Positions 38,145-51,600 of a stretch of DNA of 64,000 nucleotides are shown here, piece after piece. A model generated the notes under the pieces. It saw nothing but the letters and a program-made list of their open reading frames with translations. It ran no database searches and was not told the origin of the DNA. The stretch is from Flaccisagitta enflata (Eukaryota), in assembly GCA_965153355.1 (NCBI GenBank), contig OZ231126.1, positions 49,662,001-49,726,000 on the forward strand, given 5' to 3'. The position numbers and the translations under genes were made by a program. The first letter of the stretch is position 1. Each line of letters starts with the position of its first letter.

Positions 38145-38526
38145 TGTCAGGTTTAAAGTCCCCGCTGACTGTATCTGGTCAACCCTAGTTTCAGTATCGC
38201 CTAAGTATCTATTCAAATGAGTCGAAACGCGCGTAACTTTACGGACTTTAGCTTTATTCCGAATTGGTTACACTGTAAAGGAAAAGAAAGTATCATGAGA
38301 AACTGACAAATAGTGACAGACTGACATACTGACTGACAATTCATTACCGCAATAACATACCGAGGTATTCGACGTAATATTCCAACAGATGTCAAATATC
38401 AATTTGGTTCAAGAAGATGATTCTTACGACTATCAAGCTAAGAAGGATTCAGAAGTCTAAAAGCATTATCTATCAATCTGTCTATCATCCGCGTAGTCTC
38501 TGTGATTCGACGATGCGTAACTAACA
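38145..38526 (-). repeat. 5' LTR
   Basis: Direct repeat of 28494-28875. Confidence 0.98.
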
Positions 38527-41125
38527 GCCCCTAGACTCAACATTGCAGTAAAGTCTAGCAGCCCTATCTTACAACTGTAGGGATAGGACCAGCAGCCCCC
38601 CAGCAGCCCCCCAATTCAAATACTGGGATAGACTCAGCAGCCCCCCGGCAGCCTTTATACTCCTCATTGCAGTTAAGACTAGCAGCACTATCTTACAACT
38701 CTGGGGATAGGACCAGCAGCCCCCCAGCAGCCCCCAACTAGAAACATTGGGATAGACACAGCAGCCCCCCAGCAGCCCCCATTATCAGTATGTGTGTTGA
38801 TTTTAAGTCTAGCAGCCCCTTCTACAACTCTGGGGATAGGACCAGCAGCCCCCCAGCAGCCCCCCACTACAAATACGGGGATAGACTCAGCAGCCCCCCA
38901 GCAGCCCCTAGACTCAACATTGCAGTGAAGTCTAGCAGCCCTATCTTACAACTGTGGGGATAGGACCAGCAGCCCCCCAGCAGCCCCCCACTACAAATAC
39001 GGGGATAGACTCAGCAGCCCCCCAGCAGCCCCTAGACTCAACATTGCAGTGAAGTCTAGCAGCCCTATCTTACAACTGTGGGGATAGGACCAGCAGCCCC
39101 CCAGCAGCCCCCCAATTCAAATACTGGGATAGACTCAGCAGCCCCCCGGCAGCCTTTATACTCCTCATTGCAGTTAAGACTAGCAGCACTATCTTACAAC
39201 TCTGGGGATAGGACCAGCAGCCCCCCAGCAGCCCCCAACTAGAAACATTGGGATAGACACAGCAGCCCCCCAGCAGCCCCCATTATCAGTATGTGTGTTG
39301 ATTTTAAGTCTAGCAGCCCCTTCTACAACTCTGGGGATAGGACCAGCAGCCCCCCAGCAGCCCCCCACTACAAATACGGGGATAGACTCAGCAGCCCCCC
39401 AGCAGCCCCTAGACTCAACATTGCAGTGAAGTCTAGCAGCCCTATCTTACAACTGTGGGGATAGGACCAGCAGCCCCCCAGCAGCCCCCACTACAAATAC
39501 GGGGATAGACTCAGCAGCCCCCCAGCAGCCCCTAGACTCAACATTGCAGTGAAGTCTAGCAGCCCTATCTTACAACTGTGGGGATAGGACCAGCAGCCCC
39601 CCAGCAGCCCCCCACTACAAATACGGGGATAGACTCAGCAGCCCCCCAGCAGCCCCTAGACTCAACATTGCAGTGAAGTCTAGCAGCCCTATCTTACAAC
39701 TGTGGGGATAGGACCAGCAGCCCCCCAGCAGCCCCCCAATTCAAATACTGGGATAGACTCAGCAGCCCCCCGGCAGCCTTTATACTCCTCATTGCAGTTA
39801 AGACTAGCAGCACTATCTTACAACTCTGGGGATAGGACCAGCAGCCCCCCAGCAGCCCCCAACTAGAAACATTGGGATAGACACAGCAGCCCCCCAGCAG
39901 CCCCCATTATCAGTATGTGTGTTGATTTTAAGTCTAGCAGCCCCTTCTACAACTCTGGGGATAGGACCAGCAGCCCCCCAGCAGCCCCCCACTACAAATA
40001 CAGGGATAGACTCAGCAGCCCCCCAGCAGCCCCTAGACTCAACATTGCAGTGAAGTCTAGCAGCCCTATCTTACAACTGTGGGGATAGGACCAGCAGCCC
40101 CCCAGCAGCCCCCCAATTCAAATACTGGGATAGACTCAGCAGCCCCCCGGCAGCCTTTATACTCCTCATTGCAGTTAAGACTAGCAGCACTATCTTACAA
40201 CTCTGGGGATAGGACCAGCAGCCCCCCAGCAGCCCCCAACTAGAAACATTGGGATAGACACAGCAGCCCCCCAGCAGCCCCCATTATCAGTATGTGTGTT
40301 GATTTTAAGTCTAGCAGCCCCTTCTACAACTCTGGGGATAGGACCAGCAGCCCCCCAGCAGCCCCCCACTACAAATACGGGGATAGACTCAGCAGCCCCC
40401 CAGCAGCCCCTAGACTCAACATTGCAGTGAAGTCTAGCAGCCCTATCTTACAACTGTGGGGATAGGACCAGCAGCCCCCCAGCAGCCCCCCAATTCAAAT
40501 ACTGGGATAGACTCCTCATTACGCTGATTGCATCGCCGACTTATGTCAAATCACGTCATTGCGACCAAGTTTTAATGTACCTTTGCAAAAATGTGACCAA
40601 ATGAGCCTATGCGCAACATTCCAAACATTCGGGAACCTTTTTTAGGGCGCGGTCTAAGATAAGAGGGTTGAATGTGAGTGAGGTACTGTATAGTAAAGAT
40701 GATTATTGCGTAGCATACACAGTCCAACCGTCTTAAAGGACGTATCCGGACCAGTAGAAAAAATATAAAATTCCGATAAATGCTGTTTTCTATTCCTGAT
40801 GACTTCCTGAGTCGCTGTATAAAATTTCAGCCCTCTAGCTCTACTAGATCGCTGTTTTTAGTGCCCCAAAGAAACCCGTGTTTTGTGGACGATCAGGGAA
40901 AAAAAGAAGACGAAATAAAAAGTTGCTCCGGGGTTCGAATTCCAGCAATAAGAATTTGAAAAGTTTCAAGTCAGCAATGCTAACCACTTGACCAAACACG
41001 TTCGCTGCACCAGATGGATATTTTGGTTGTATGTAATCTCCGGAGGCCAACGAGTTGGAGCAAAAAATGAGGAAGACTATTTTTTACGCATGCTTTGGCG
41101 TGAATATTGGTTGCAACTCAATCTT

Positions 41126-41208
<83 letters not shown>

Positions 41209-41917
41209 GCTAGGGACGCTGGTCAAGCAAGATGTGGGCGTTGCGTGCTCATAACCATTCATGAACGCAATCAACGATCAGTGAAACATCGCCGGATACA
41301 CGGCTAATAACCGTTGTGGACGGGTGGGCAGGGGCGGAAATGCGCGTTTTCACACTTTTCGACTCGTGTTCACGGATGGACGGATGGACCGACGGACCGA
41401 CGGACAAAGGCTCTTATAGAGTTGCATGTCCGCAGCTAATAAGGACATGATTTTCTGGACAAAACGATCGCGTTTTGAATGGGCCACTTGGTCGCTCGAT
41501 ATATTTTTTTTTTTTTTGCTTGCACCGCCCACTCCGCTCACTTGCTTTGTGACGCTCCACTTTGCCATGCTCCGTTCACGGGCTCGCCCTCTTTTTTCAC
41601 TCACTCCCTTGTAAAAAGTTGTAGTTCCTGAATTTGTGTTCATGCTGTAAACACGTTCGTCTTCATCAATTGGAACACGCCAGTATATGTGTAGTCGCAA
41701 TCACTGTGTCAATGTGCGCAGACGCGTAATCGGCCTAAAGTGCATCGCTTAGTCATCACTGGGTCAACGCCCTTGACAATTACCGATGGATCATTGGACG
41801 GAGAGACGGACACAGTAAGGATTAACCAAAGTTTTCAGACAAATATCAATGAGGCAGAGGGACAGACAGACATGCATCTGGACGAACAGACAGGTAGAGC
41901 AGCGGAGAAATAACCAA

Positions 41918-42535
41918 CACTGCTGTCTCACACAAGGTTTGAGACAAGAATGATATAGCTATGCAGTTTTTTGCATTTTTGCATAGGCCATGAGGATACA
42001 AACCAAGAACTATCAAGTAGAAAATCTATACTAAGGCGTTTTTTGAAATAAATGAAAAAATCAAAATTTTTAGCTATATTTTTCATAGAAAATTTTTCAG
42101 GTTGATTTGACCTATTTTACAGCATATTGTTAATCCTGATAAAATTCTGATTCATTTGTTGAGTCGCACTATATGGCTATCATAAGAAATGAATTTATCA
42201 TATCTTTGGTCACCGTTCTAATTTTGTAACGGTGGCTTTGAAAATGAAAATTTTCTTTCTCATAAAAATTATATAATGTGACCTATCTAATGAATAAAAA
42301 TATTATCAGGATTAACATTATGCTGTCAAAAAATAGGTCAAACCAACCTGAAAAATTGTCTAAACAAAAGAAAGCTAAAAATCTTAAATTATTCCTTTTA
42401 TTTTTTTCAAAAAACGCCTTAGGAAAGAATTCCTACTTAATGGTTCTTAGTTTGTATGGACATGATCTATGTAAAAATACAAAAAACCGCATAGTTATAT
42501 CATTACTGTCTCAAACCTTGTGTGAGAGAGCAGTG
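41918..42535. mobile_element. Palindromic MITE with CACTG...CAGTG termini (CMC/Chapaev/Transib-like)
   Basis: CACTGCTGTCTCACACAAGGTTTGAGACA mirrored at the right end; arms extend ~250 bp; flanks CCAA/CCAG. Confidence 0.82.
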
Positions 42536-42643
42536 CCAGACGAACGAGAATCCACTGCGCCAGTGCATTCGTCTCCGTTCGCGCGGCGTCGATGTCCTTC
42601 TTCCTCGAACACTGCTGCTGCTGTTGCCGCTGCTGCTTTTGTC

Positions 42644-42748
<105 letters not shown>

Positions 42749-43206
42749 GTCTCCCCCAAAAATCACTAAGCCTGGCCAAAAGAGGATCTATCTGACTGAC
42801 ATTAGAAATCATCATCTAGCTACGCACATCGCACAGGCTATTATTTTCTACTTGCCCTAACTCCCTACATGATGAGCACGAGCATGAACATTAGCATTTA
42901 GATTTGCAAATTATATGATATATGTATATATTTCAAACAAAGAAATTTTCTGGTACAAGAATTGTTCGAGCGTCTCTGTTCAGAGGCTATGTCACAGTGC
43001 AAACGAATACAAAATTTGACAAGTCAAAACGATTTATACGATATTTTCTATTTCATATATTCAAAGATTTTTTATTGAGATAAAGGATTTGTGGTTGGTA
43101 ATCATCAATTTTTTGCATAGGAAAACGTTTTTCTGTACCATATGCTTAAGAAATGTGAGAAAAAAGGATGCGAAATTGATGGATTTTTAATAAAAATTGA
43201 TTCTTG

Positions 43207-43378
43207 TGCATTGACATGTCTCGCGTGAAAAACCGAATCTGTCTCTGAATTCAAAATTTTGCATTTTGAAAAACATGGCATCAGTCTAAACGCTTTTAAG
43301 AAACAGGCCATGTGTTTAGAAATGCAAAATTTTGCATTCAGAGACAGATTCGGTTTTTCACGTGGCAACATCTCATGT
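43207..43378. repeat. Imperfect palindrome
   Basis: CGTGAAAAACCGAATCTGTCTCTGAAT..CATGGC mirrored by GCCATG..ATTCAGAGACAGATTCGGTTTTTCACG. Confidence 0.8.
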
Positions 43379-43776
43379 TTTCCGTGCAATTCTTTTTAAA
43401 GAATTCTGTTGTTTCACTAAGTATGCTGCGACTTTACCGATGCGTGATCAATACCATTGGTCAGTTAACCGTTTTTTAATTAATTTAGGGAGTATTAAGC
43501 ATGCATAAGACTTAAGTTTTTGTTATATTTCCGCTGCATAGTAGCGTATTCCATCACAGAACAGAACGATTTGTCAAATTTGACGCTGTTCTGCACCACG
43601 ACCTAAACAAAGAGTTGATGAAATTCCATAGCAAGTGTTGTGATAGAATAAGTGATGCGGGGTCACAAAATTGTTGTGGACAGGTGGGCAGGGGCATCCA
43701 ACCCCCATCCACACCCAACACTCCCATCCCTACACACATACACCAATGAATCTTAAACGTTCGTTTTTGCACTTTT

Positions 43777-43851
<75 letters not shown>

Positions 43852-44072
43852 TCGATTTTACGCGAACAAAAAAAACGCCATGGACGGATGGATCAAGGGA
43901 CCAAGGGACCAAGGGACAGATGGACCAATGGACCAACGAACAAACCAATGGACGGATGGACAACGCCTGTTATAGAGATGGGAGGACTGATATGCAACAG
44001 ATTAAGGTCACCCACTCATGTAAATGATGCAAAATGCATAAAATTGCATCATGATTTCATAATAAGCAAATA

Positions 44073-44249
44073 CAGTTGAACCCCGCTCTTACGGATTTCA
44101 AGGGACCAACAAGTTTTATCTGTTATAGATGGAATTCTGTTATAACTAACAAAATAAATAAAAGAAAACTAGTTGAAGGGACTATGAGTTTACATCTGTT
44201 ATAAGCGGAATTCCGTTGCTGGCGGGACCGTTAGAGCGGGGTTCAACTG
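44073..44249. mobile_element. 177-bp Tc1/mariner (pogo/Tigger-like) MITE
   Basis: TA-CAGTTGAACCCCGCTCTTACGG ... CCGTTAGAGCGGGGTTCAACTG-TA; related fragments at ~19557-19730 and ~21160-21320. Confidence 0.92.
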
Positions 44250-44614
44250 TATAAATAAAAGAAAACAAAAAATCTTAGACGAGGCTTTGGTCCTTCCCAA
44301 CGACCAGGAAGTTGACACCCGCTCCAATGACTTCACGCCTGTTCAAACGCCTGAAAGAAGGATAGGGAAAGAAAGATTGACAAAGTCGAGAAAAATTTTT
44401 TTAAAAAGACAACAATTGGCACAAAAACCAAGGCCAGATACACGGCTACCAAAGTCGCGTGCGGGTGGGCGGGGGCAGTGATAAAAACGGTTCACAAAGC
44501 ATTTGGGCAGGAGCAGTAATGCAAAAACCGCCGTGAAACGCCAACCGTGTACATGAATAACATTACTTACATACTCTTTTTTTAAATGAATTTCATTATC
44601 TTGTTCCTTGACTC

Positions 44615-45231
44615 CACAGTGGGCCCTAATTGGATATGAGTTAAAAAAAATCCCTGATTGTAGTGATTTTTATAAGTAGGTACAATTCATAATGAAGAAT
44701 TGATGTTGACCCTCAAAAAAAATTTCCCTTTGAAAATTTTTGCAAAAATTGTTGATAAGTATCAATTTTCTTTTACATTTATATATAGATCTAAAAGATA
44801 TATCTCTTTTGAAATACTAATTCAAGATTCATATTCCTGGTGAAATTTCCAATCATTTGATGGGTCACACTATGTATTTCATGAAAAAAAAAGATTTTAA
44901 TATTTTAGGCCAGTGTTGCTTTTTTTAACGGTGGCATAGAAAATGAAAATTTTATCTTTTTATTGAAATATATAGTGCAACCTATCAAATGAATGGAAAT
45001 TTTACCAGGAATATAAATCTTGAATCAGAATTTCAAAACACATTAGTGCTACAGTGTTAAATCAAATATTTAAAAAAATTAAAGATATTTTAGCAATTTT
45101 TACAAAAAATGTTGTAGGAAATTGTTTTTTTAAAGGTCAATATCAATCCTCTACTTGAGAATGTGCATGCTTATATAATTGAATACCTTTGAGGACTTTT
45201 TTCAACCCATATCCAATAATGGCTCACTGTG
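44615..45231. mobile_element. Palindromic MITE with CACAGTG...CACTGTG termini
   Basis: Long imperfect inverted arms; the central motif AACGGTGGC..AAAATGAAAATTTT is shared with 41918-42535. Confidence 0.8.
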
Positions 45232-45434
45232 ACCCCAAGTGAGCATAGCGCGGCACCTGGTGAAGATTGTACCATCAACAGAATCGTTAGTTGGGTGCTA
45301 CGCAACCATCAACCACATTTTTTGATCCGTCCGTCCGTCCGTCTGTCACAATGTCGTTTTGAGATTAAACTAAGAATAGTAGACAGCATATTCATAGATT
45401 ATCTTAGAAATTTTGGTCTGTCTGTCCGTCCGTA

Positions 45435-45490
<56 letters not shown>

Positions 45491-45618
45491 AGAGCATGCA
45501 GACCGACGTGGTATTGGTCCAATTGTATTACGTTTTATCAGCGCGCCATTTGGTTTATCTTTGTCCCTGTATGTTCGTGAAACTAGACACAATATCAAGG
45601 TCATTTGCACAATGCTGC

Positions 45619-45654
<36 letters not shown>

Positions 45655-45819
45655 ACTGAATGTTTATGTTGATGAAGTTCATTTACACGTAGCGACACTG
45701 GGATGTTCTTGAGCTTTTTCTATTCGCCAAGCAGGTGCTTCGCAGTTTGATCAGACCTTCGCAGTATCTGAATGCAGTTTTGTTTTCGAAATTTGCGGGT
45801 CCTTACTGCTTACTTGCAT

Positions 45820-46095
<276 letters not shown>

Positions 46096-46526
46096 AAACC
46101 TGAAAGACGTGAGAAGTATAGTCGTATTGAATCTTTTCTGTTCGGACTCCGGTGCTTCGTTTCTGCTTCCGTTCGAATTAGACATCCAGCGGCAGACATT
46201 TTTTGAACAGATTTCTTTGCCAACTTTGTCTACGTTTTTGTGCGGTACCTTGTAGATTGTACAAACTAAAGTGTATGTACACTGTTTTTTTAGTCGCAAA
46301 CACGCGACTCTAGAACTTGCCCTGATGGTCTGTCAGCCACATTCTTGATTATCGAGATTTTTCGCTCCTGAGGGGGAGTGTATACGGCCTTGTTTTATCT
46401 CTGTCTGTCTGCCAGTGCAGTGAGCGCCACCATAACTGCTTTAGTCTCTCTCTCACTCTCTCGCTCTCTGTTTCACTCTCTCGCTCTCTCACTCTCTCGC
46501 TCTCTCACTCTGTCTCGCTCTCTCAC

Positions 46527-46610
<84 letters not shown>

Positions 46611-47354
46611 TCTCGTTGCCTACCGAGCGATGGCGATTTCTGTAACGCCAAGAGACGCTTGTCCAATTCCTATCTTCTTTTGGGCGTTTTATTGAGTTTG
46701 TCTTCATATAGACGTGCTCCTCTTTGTCGAGTCTGCCTTTGCCGTGTCCGCCATCGTTCAGTAAGTGTTCGCCACGATCATCTATTCCACTATCAAATTA
46801 GCCGCGTTTGTTGTAAAAGCATTTAAATGTTATTAATCTCAAAAACGGCGAAAAAAAGTAAAGTAAAAAAAAAAAGAAGCAGAAAAAATTGTTGGCGTTA
46901 AAAGGAAAAGGGAGAACTAAGACAGGTAAAAGCAAATTCCTCTTCCATGATTTAAAACAACGGCCAAATAAAACGAGGAATTTCTCTTGCATCGAGCATT
47001 GACTAAGCCTGGAACAATTTAATGAAGAACGCGATGCACATGGTCAAAACTTTGGGGCAATTTTAGAGCATGTTCCTGTTATCGGAGCGGGGGGAAATTT
47101 TATGTGCGCGCGAATTGGAATGACAGGAAGTGAAAACAGCACTTTTTGAAATTGCAAAAAAATTTGTCACGGGCCCATGGTAGGTGATCCTACTGGGTCC
47201 GGTATGCATGCCAGCAGAGTTACATTGGTATCTAAGAGGTTTGAGTTGAACCGGTCACGTCCCTTAAACTGCCTAGAAAATTATTAGTAGCTTGATTCAA
47301 AACTCTATGGCCCACTTTGTCCGTACATCAGTTGCTTGGTCGGTTGGTCGTTCC

Positions 47355-47841
47355 TCCTATTGAGCAGTGGCCCCAAAGGAGCTGATGACCTATGCTTTCA
47401 CATATGGGGAAATTTCTCCCTCTTTTTCTCCTTTTTGGGCAGCGGCCCCAAAGGGCCGATGTCCTGTAGGACACAGGGGTGAATTTCCAGACATCCTTCC
47501 GTATGTATGTCCATCCCCCAAAGCCCCTCTAAGACCCTAAAACAGACCTCTCAGGCCCAAAACTCAGCCCTCTCAGGCCCAAAATCAGCCATCTCAAGTT
47601 CAGAATTGGCTCTCTCAAGCCCAAAACATTTATCATCAGCCCATTTAGCCCAAGCATAAGTTATCGGTCCCTTTGGGGCCGCTGTCCTACTCATGTCATC
47701 CCAACAGACACGTACTTAAAGGCATTGGGTACCGCTGACCATCTTACGCTTTTGCGTTATTGCGCTTTTGAGTGTTTTGAGCTCTATGCTCCCGCCCAAA
47801 TGCCCCAGCGACTTCTCTTGCTGTGTATTATAGTTTTTTTT

Positions 47842-47920
<79 letters not shown>

Positions 47921-48620
47921 TCTTTTTGGGTAGCGGCCCTGAAGGGGCCAATGTCCTGTGCTTTCACATAGGGGAAATTTCTCCTCCTCCTCCCCCAACC
48001 CCCTACAAAGTTCATATCGTATCCTTGAGGCTCAAATCCAAGCCTTGAGGCCCAAATCCTAGTCTAGAAGACTAAATTCTAGGCTCAAGGCCCAAATCCT
48101 AGCCTTGAGGCTCAACTCTCAACCTCAAGGCTCAAATTACAACCTCAAGGCTCAAATCCCAGCCTCGAGGCTCACATCCCAGCCTTGAGGCTCAAATCCC
48201 AACCTAAAGCCTCAAATCCCAGCCTCATGCCTCAAATCCCAGCCTCAAGGCCTAAATCCCAGTGTCTTGGCTTATATCCCAGTGTCTCCGTTACGATCAC
48301 AGCCTTGAGGCTCTAATACAGCCTCAAGGCTTAAATCACAGCCTCGAAACTAAAATCACAGCCTCGTAACTAAAATCACAGCCTTGAGGCTCAAATCATC
48401 ACCTCAAGACTAAAATCACCACCTCAAGGCTCAAATCACAGCCTCATGGCTCAAATCACAGCCTCATGGCTCAAAAATTCCATTATTGATGCTTCTGTTC
48501 AAGCCTAGAGCTTCAAAACACACTAAGCATAGGTCATCAGCCCCTTCAAGGCCGCTGCCCTTCTCACCATCACACACCCAGATATACTCACATAGGGGCA
48601 ACGGGTACCGCTGACGATTT
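47355..48620 (+). mobile_element. Cluster of nested HINE-like family 2 copies with ~21-bp arrays
   Basis: GGGCAGCGGCCCCAAAGGG-type starts at ~47362, ~47436 and ~47927; GGCTCAAATCCCAGCCTYGA array at 48025-48475; GGGTACCGCTGAC 3' motif. Confidence 0.7.
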
Positions 48621-51600
48621 ATTTTTTTTTCGGTGTGTGTGTGACTATGTATGTGTGTACGTGCTTGTGTTTGTGTGCATGTGTGCATGTGGGTGTTTGC
48701 GTGTCCTCGTGTGCATTTATCCGCATGGGTGTTATTTTTGCATGTATGCTGCTGATCATGAGTTCATATATTTCTATTTGTGTGGGACATTTGGTTTTTC
48801 ATGTAGTTGGGGATCCTGCATAGGAGATGGGACAAACGTGAAGCAAATAAATCACGGCTACCCCAGTCGAGTGCGGGTAGGCAGGGGCCGTATTTGAGTC
48901 TTGAAGCTAGGATTTGGGCTTCAAAGCCAGGAGGAGAAAAAGAAAGGGGAGGTGTCCCTTATGTGTTTTAACATCGGTCATTGGACCCTTGGAGGGGAGT
49001 GCTGCCCAAAAGTCAATCAAGACTGACCAACCAACCGAGTTTTGAACCAACTGACTGACCAACAGACGGACAAAGCGGGATGTGGAGTCACCATGAGAGA
49101 GAGACCACCTTAAAAACGTAAGCTATAAAAATTTTTTTCTTTTTTCTTTACTCTCTCCCCAAAAAAAATCTGTGAAAAAGGCCGCCAATCTGAAGAAAGT
49201 AGAGTCGGGAAACCCCTTTCTCTAACAAGTTGATCTCATGCTTGGAAAAAACTCAAATTCGCGAATCATTAACTTTATCCACGTGGAGATATATCCAAAA
49301 CTAGTGGATAAGTAAAAAAAAAGATATCCACGTGGAATAGTTTTCCAAAATTAGTGGATATTAAAAAATGATGTTTTGTAGATGTAGCATTATGATTTAT
49401 AACTAGTGGCAAAAAATGAATTCAACTTTGTTCTGTTTTCATTTATTTAACTGAAAAAAAAAAAACAATAATTCAATGAACTTTTCCTACTTAGAAATAT
49501 ATTTACAATCCCTGCATAATGACTAATTAAACTGCTTAGAAATCAGTATTTAGGACAGAAATCTCATTTCTTTTTCTAATTGGTGTGTAACACTCAGCTC
49601 AACTGTATTGATGAATAATTAACATTCAGAACTTTTGATTTCACCGCCTTTCCCTTGTCTAATTTTCATTCAAAACATTCTCTGTTATTGAATAAGAAGA
49701 AAACGACTGTCTTAAACATCAACAGGTGATGTTAGATAGACGAAGGAAGTCGTCGTCTTTCAGGGCAATTCATCAGAAATCCTTTTCACTCTTAACTTAA
49801 TAGAAAGAAATAGGAAAAAAACAAAACAAAGAAAATTCTGAACTTCATGAAATATGCAGGGTAAGACCCCTTTTTAGCCTCCCCCAGCGGCACGAGTTTT
49901 TATTCATGAGGGGGCTCATGAGGAAAGATGAAAAAAAAAAATAGACAAGGAAATTTGAACAAATATAAGTTGAAAAAAGAAGACCCCAAAATCACATCAT
50001 TTTTTCCAGTAAATCATTTTTTTTTTAACCCTATAGTGGATTTAAGCAAATATCTACAGAGACAGTTTTAAAAAACGCAAGCTAATGGCACTAGGAAGAA
50101 ATTCAGAACTAAAAAGAAATCATTGTAAGCCACATTGTTGTTAATTTCTTTTTATTATATTGTTTTACGGTCATGCTATGCCCATGCCCATGCCCTGTCT
50201 TTTACATACATGCTTTTAATTAAGAGTAATGTCCCTTATTTTGGATATATTTCTTCCTTAAGAAAGAACAGGCTTAGAACAAGAAAGAACACCAGTTTTA
50301 GATATCAGCAAACGCAACAAAGAAGCTGAGTAATCCTTAATTCTCGAGAAAGCTGATATTGAGAATTCATTATTTTACAGAGAAAGTGCTGCTTAGAGCA
50401 TGATTTGGGCTTGTGGTCGCTTATTCAGCATCATTCAAAAGAAGAATATCAGATAGTCGTTCAATTATGCCTAGAAATTGACAGAAAGTGCAGATTGAAA
50501 AATGCAAAAGAATCGTATGGACTGATCATCCACAAAGCAATATAAAAAAAAAGATATTGACGATGGTAAAAAGGCTCTTGGAAAACTGCTGGCCATACCA
50601 TTTGAGAAGAACGGTGAACATGGGAGAAATCTTGTTAATATTTTAATCATCAGAGAAGTAAGACTTGGCTGAAAGACTGAATTTATATGAAGATCGATTT
50701 TGTGAGTAGGGGCTGCCGGGCAACTGTTAAGTCCATACCAGTGTCTGTAATTGGGGGGCTGCTGGGGGCTGCTGATCCAATCCCCAGAGTTGTAAGAGGG
50801 GCAGCTAGACTTAACACCAGAGTTGATAATGGGGGCTGCTAGGGGGCTGCTGAGTCTATCCCAGTATGATTAGTGGGGAGCTGCTGGGGGGCTGCTGGTC
50901 CTATCCCCAGATTTGCAGGGAAGGCTGCTAGACTTAAATCCATTTCGATAATGGGGGCAGCTGAGGGGCTGCTGTGTCTATCCCAGCGTTTCTAGTCGGG
51001 GGCTGCTGGGAGTTGCTGGTCCCATCCCCAGAGTTGTAAGATAGTGCTGCTAGACTAAACTGAAATGTCAAGTATAAAGGCTGCTAGGTGGCTGCTGAGT
51101 CTCTCCCAATATAAGTAGTAAGGGGCTGCTGGGGGGCTGCTGGTCCTATCCCAAGAGTTGTAGGAGAAGGCTGCTAGACTAAAAATCAGTTATGAAAATG
51201 GGGGCTGCTGAGAGGCTGCTGTCTCTATCCCAGTGCTTGTAGTCAAGGGCTAACAGGGTGCTGCTGGTCCCATCCCCAGAGTTGTAGGAAAGTGCTGCTA
51301 GACTTAACTGCAATGCTGAGTCTGTCCAAGTATTTGTAGAGGGGGTCTGCTGGGGGCTGCTGGTTCTATCCCCAGAGTTGTGGGAGGGGGCTGCTAGACT
51401 CAAAATCAATAAATGTACTGATGATGGGGGCTGCTGGGGGGCTGCTGTGTCTATCCCAATGTTTCTAGGTAGGGGCTGCTGAGGGGGCTTCTGGTCCTAT
51501 CCCCAGGGTTGTAAGATAGTGCTGCTAGACATAAATGCAATGTCGAGTATACGGGCTGCTTGGGGGCTGCTGAGTCTATCCCTGTATTTGAAGTGGGGGG

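Larger units (their letters stand above)
28494..38526 (-). mobile_element. Full-length BEL/Pao LTR retrotransposon (10,033 bp)
   Basis: 382-bp LTRs at 28494-28875 and 38145-38526 (TG...CA, no difference seen); TSD GCCCC at 28489-28493 and 38527-38531; gag-PR-RT-RH-IN order with BEL motifs. Confidence 0.98.
26950..40520 (+). repeat. CAGCAGCCCCCC-rich satellite array 1 (124/124/129-bp monomers, ~377-bp higher-order unit), interrupted by a MITE and the LTR element
   Basis: Equivalent positions at 38871, 38995, 39119, 39243, 39372; three monomer types marked CTACAAATACGGGG, AATTCAAATACTGGG, ACTAGAAACATTGGG. Confidence 0.95.

Noticed and set aside
26950-40520. CRISPR-like look (constant GC-rich repeat with intervening segments)
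   Set aside because: The intervening segments recur as three types rather than unique spacers; no cas genes; eukaryotic context.
46100-46795. Possible minus-strand exons between microsatellites
   Set aside because: Candidate splice sites did not give a consistent long frame or any recognisable motif.
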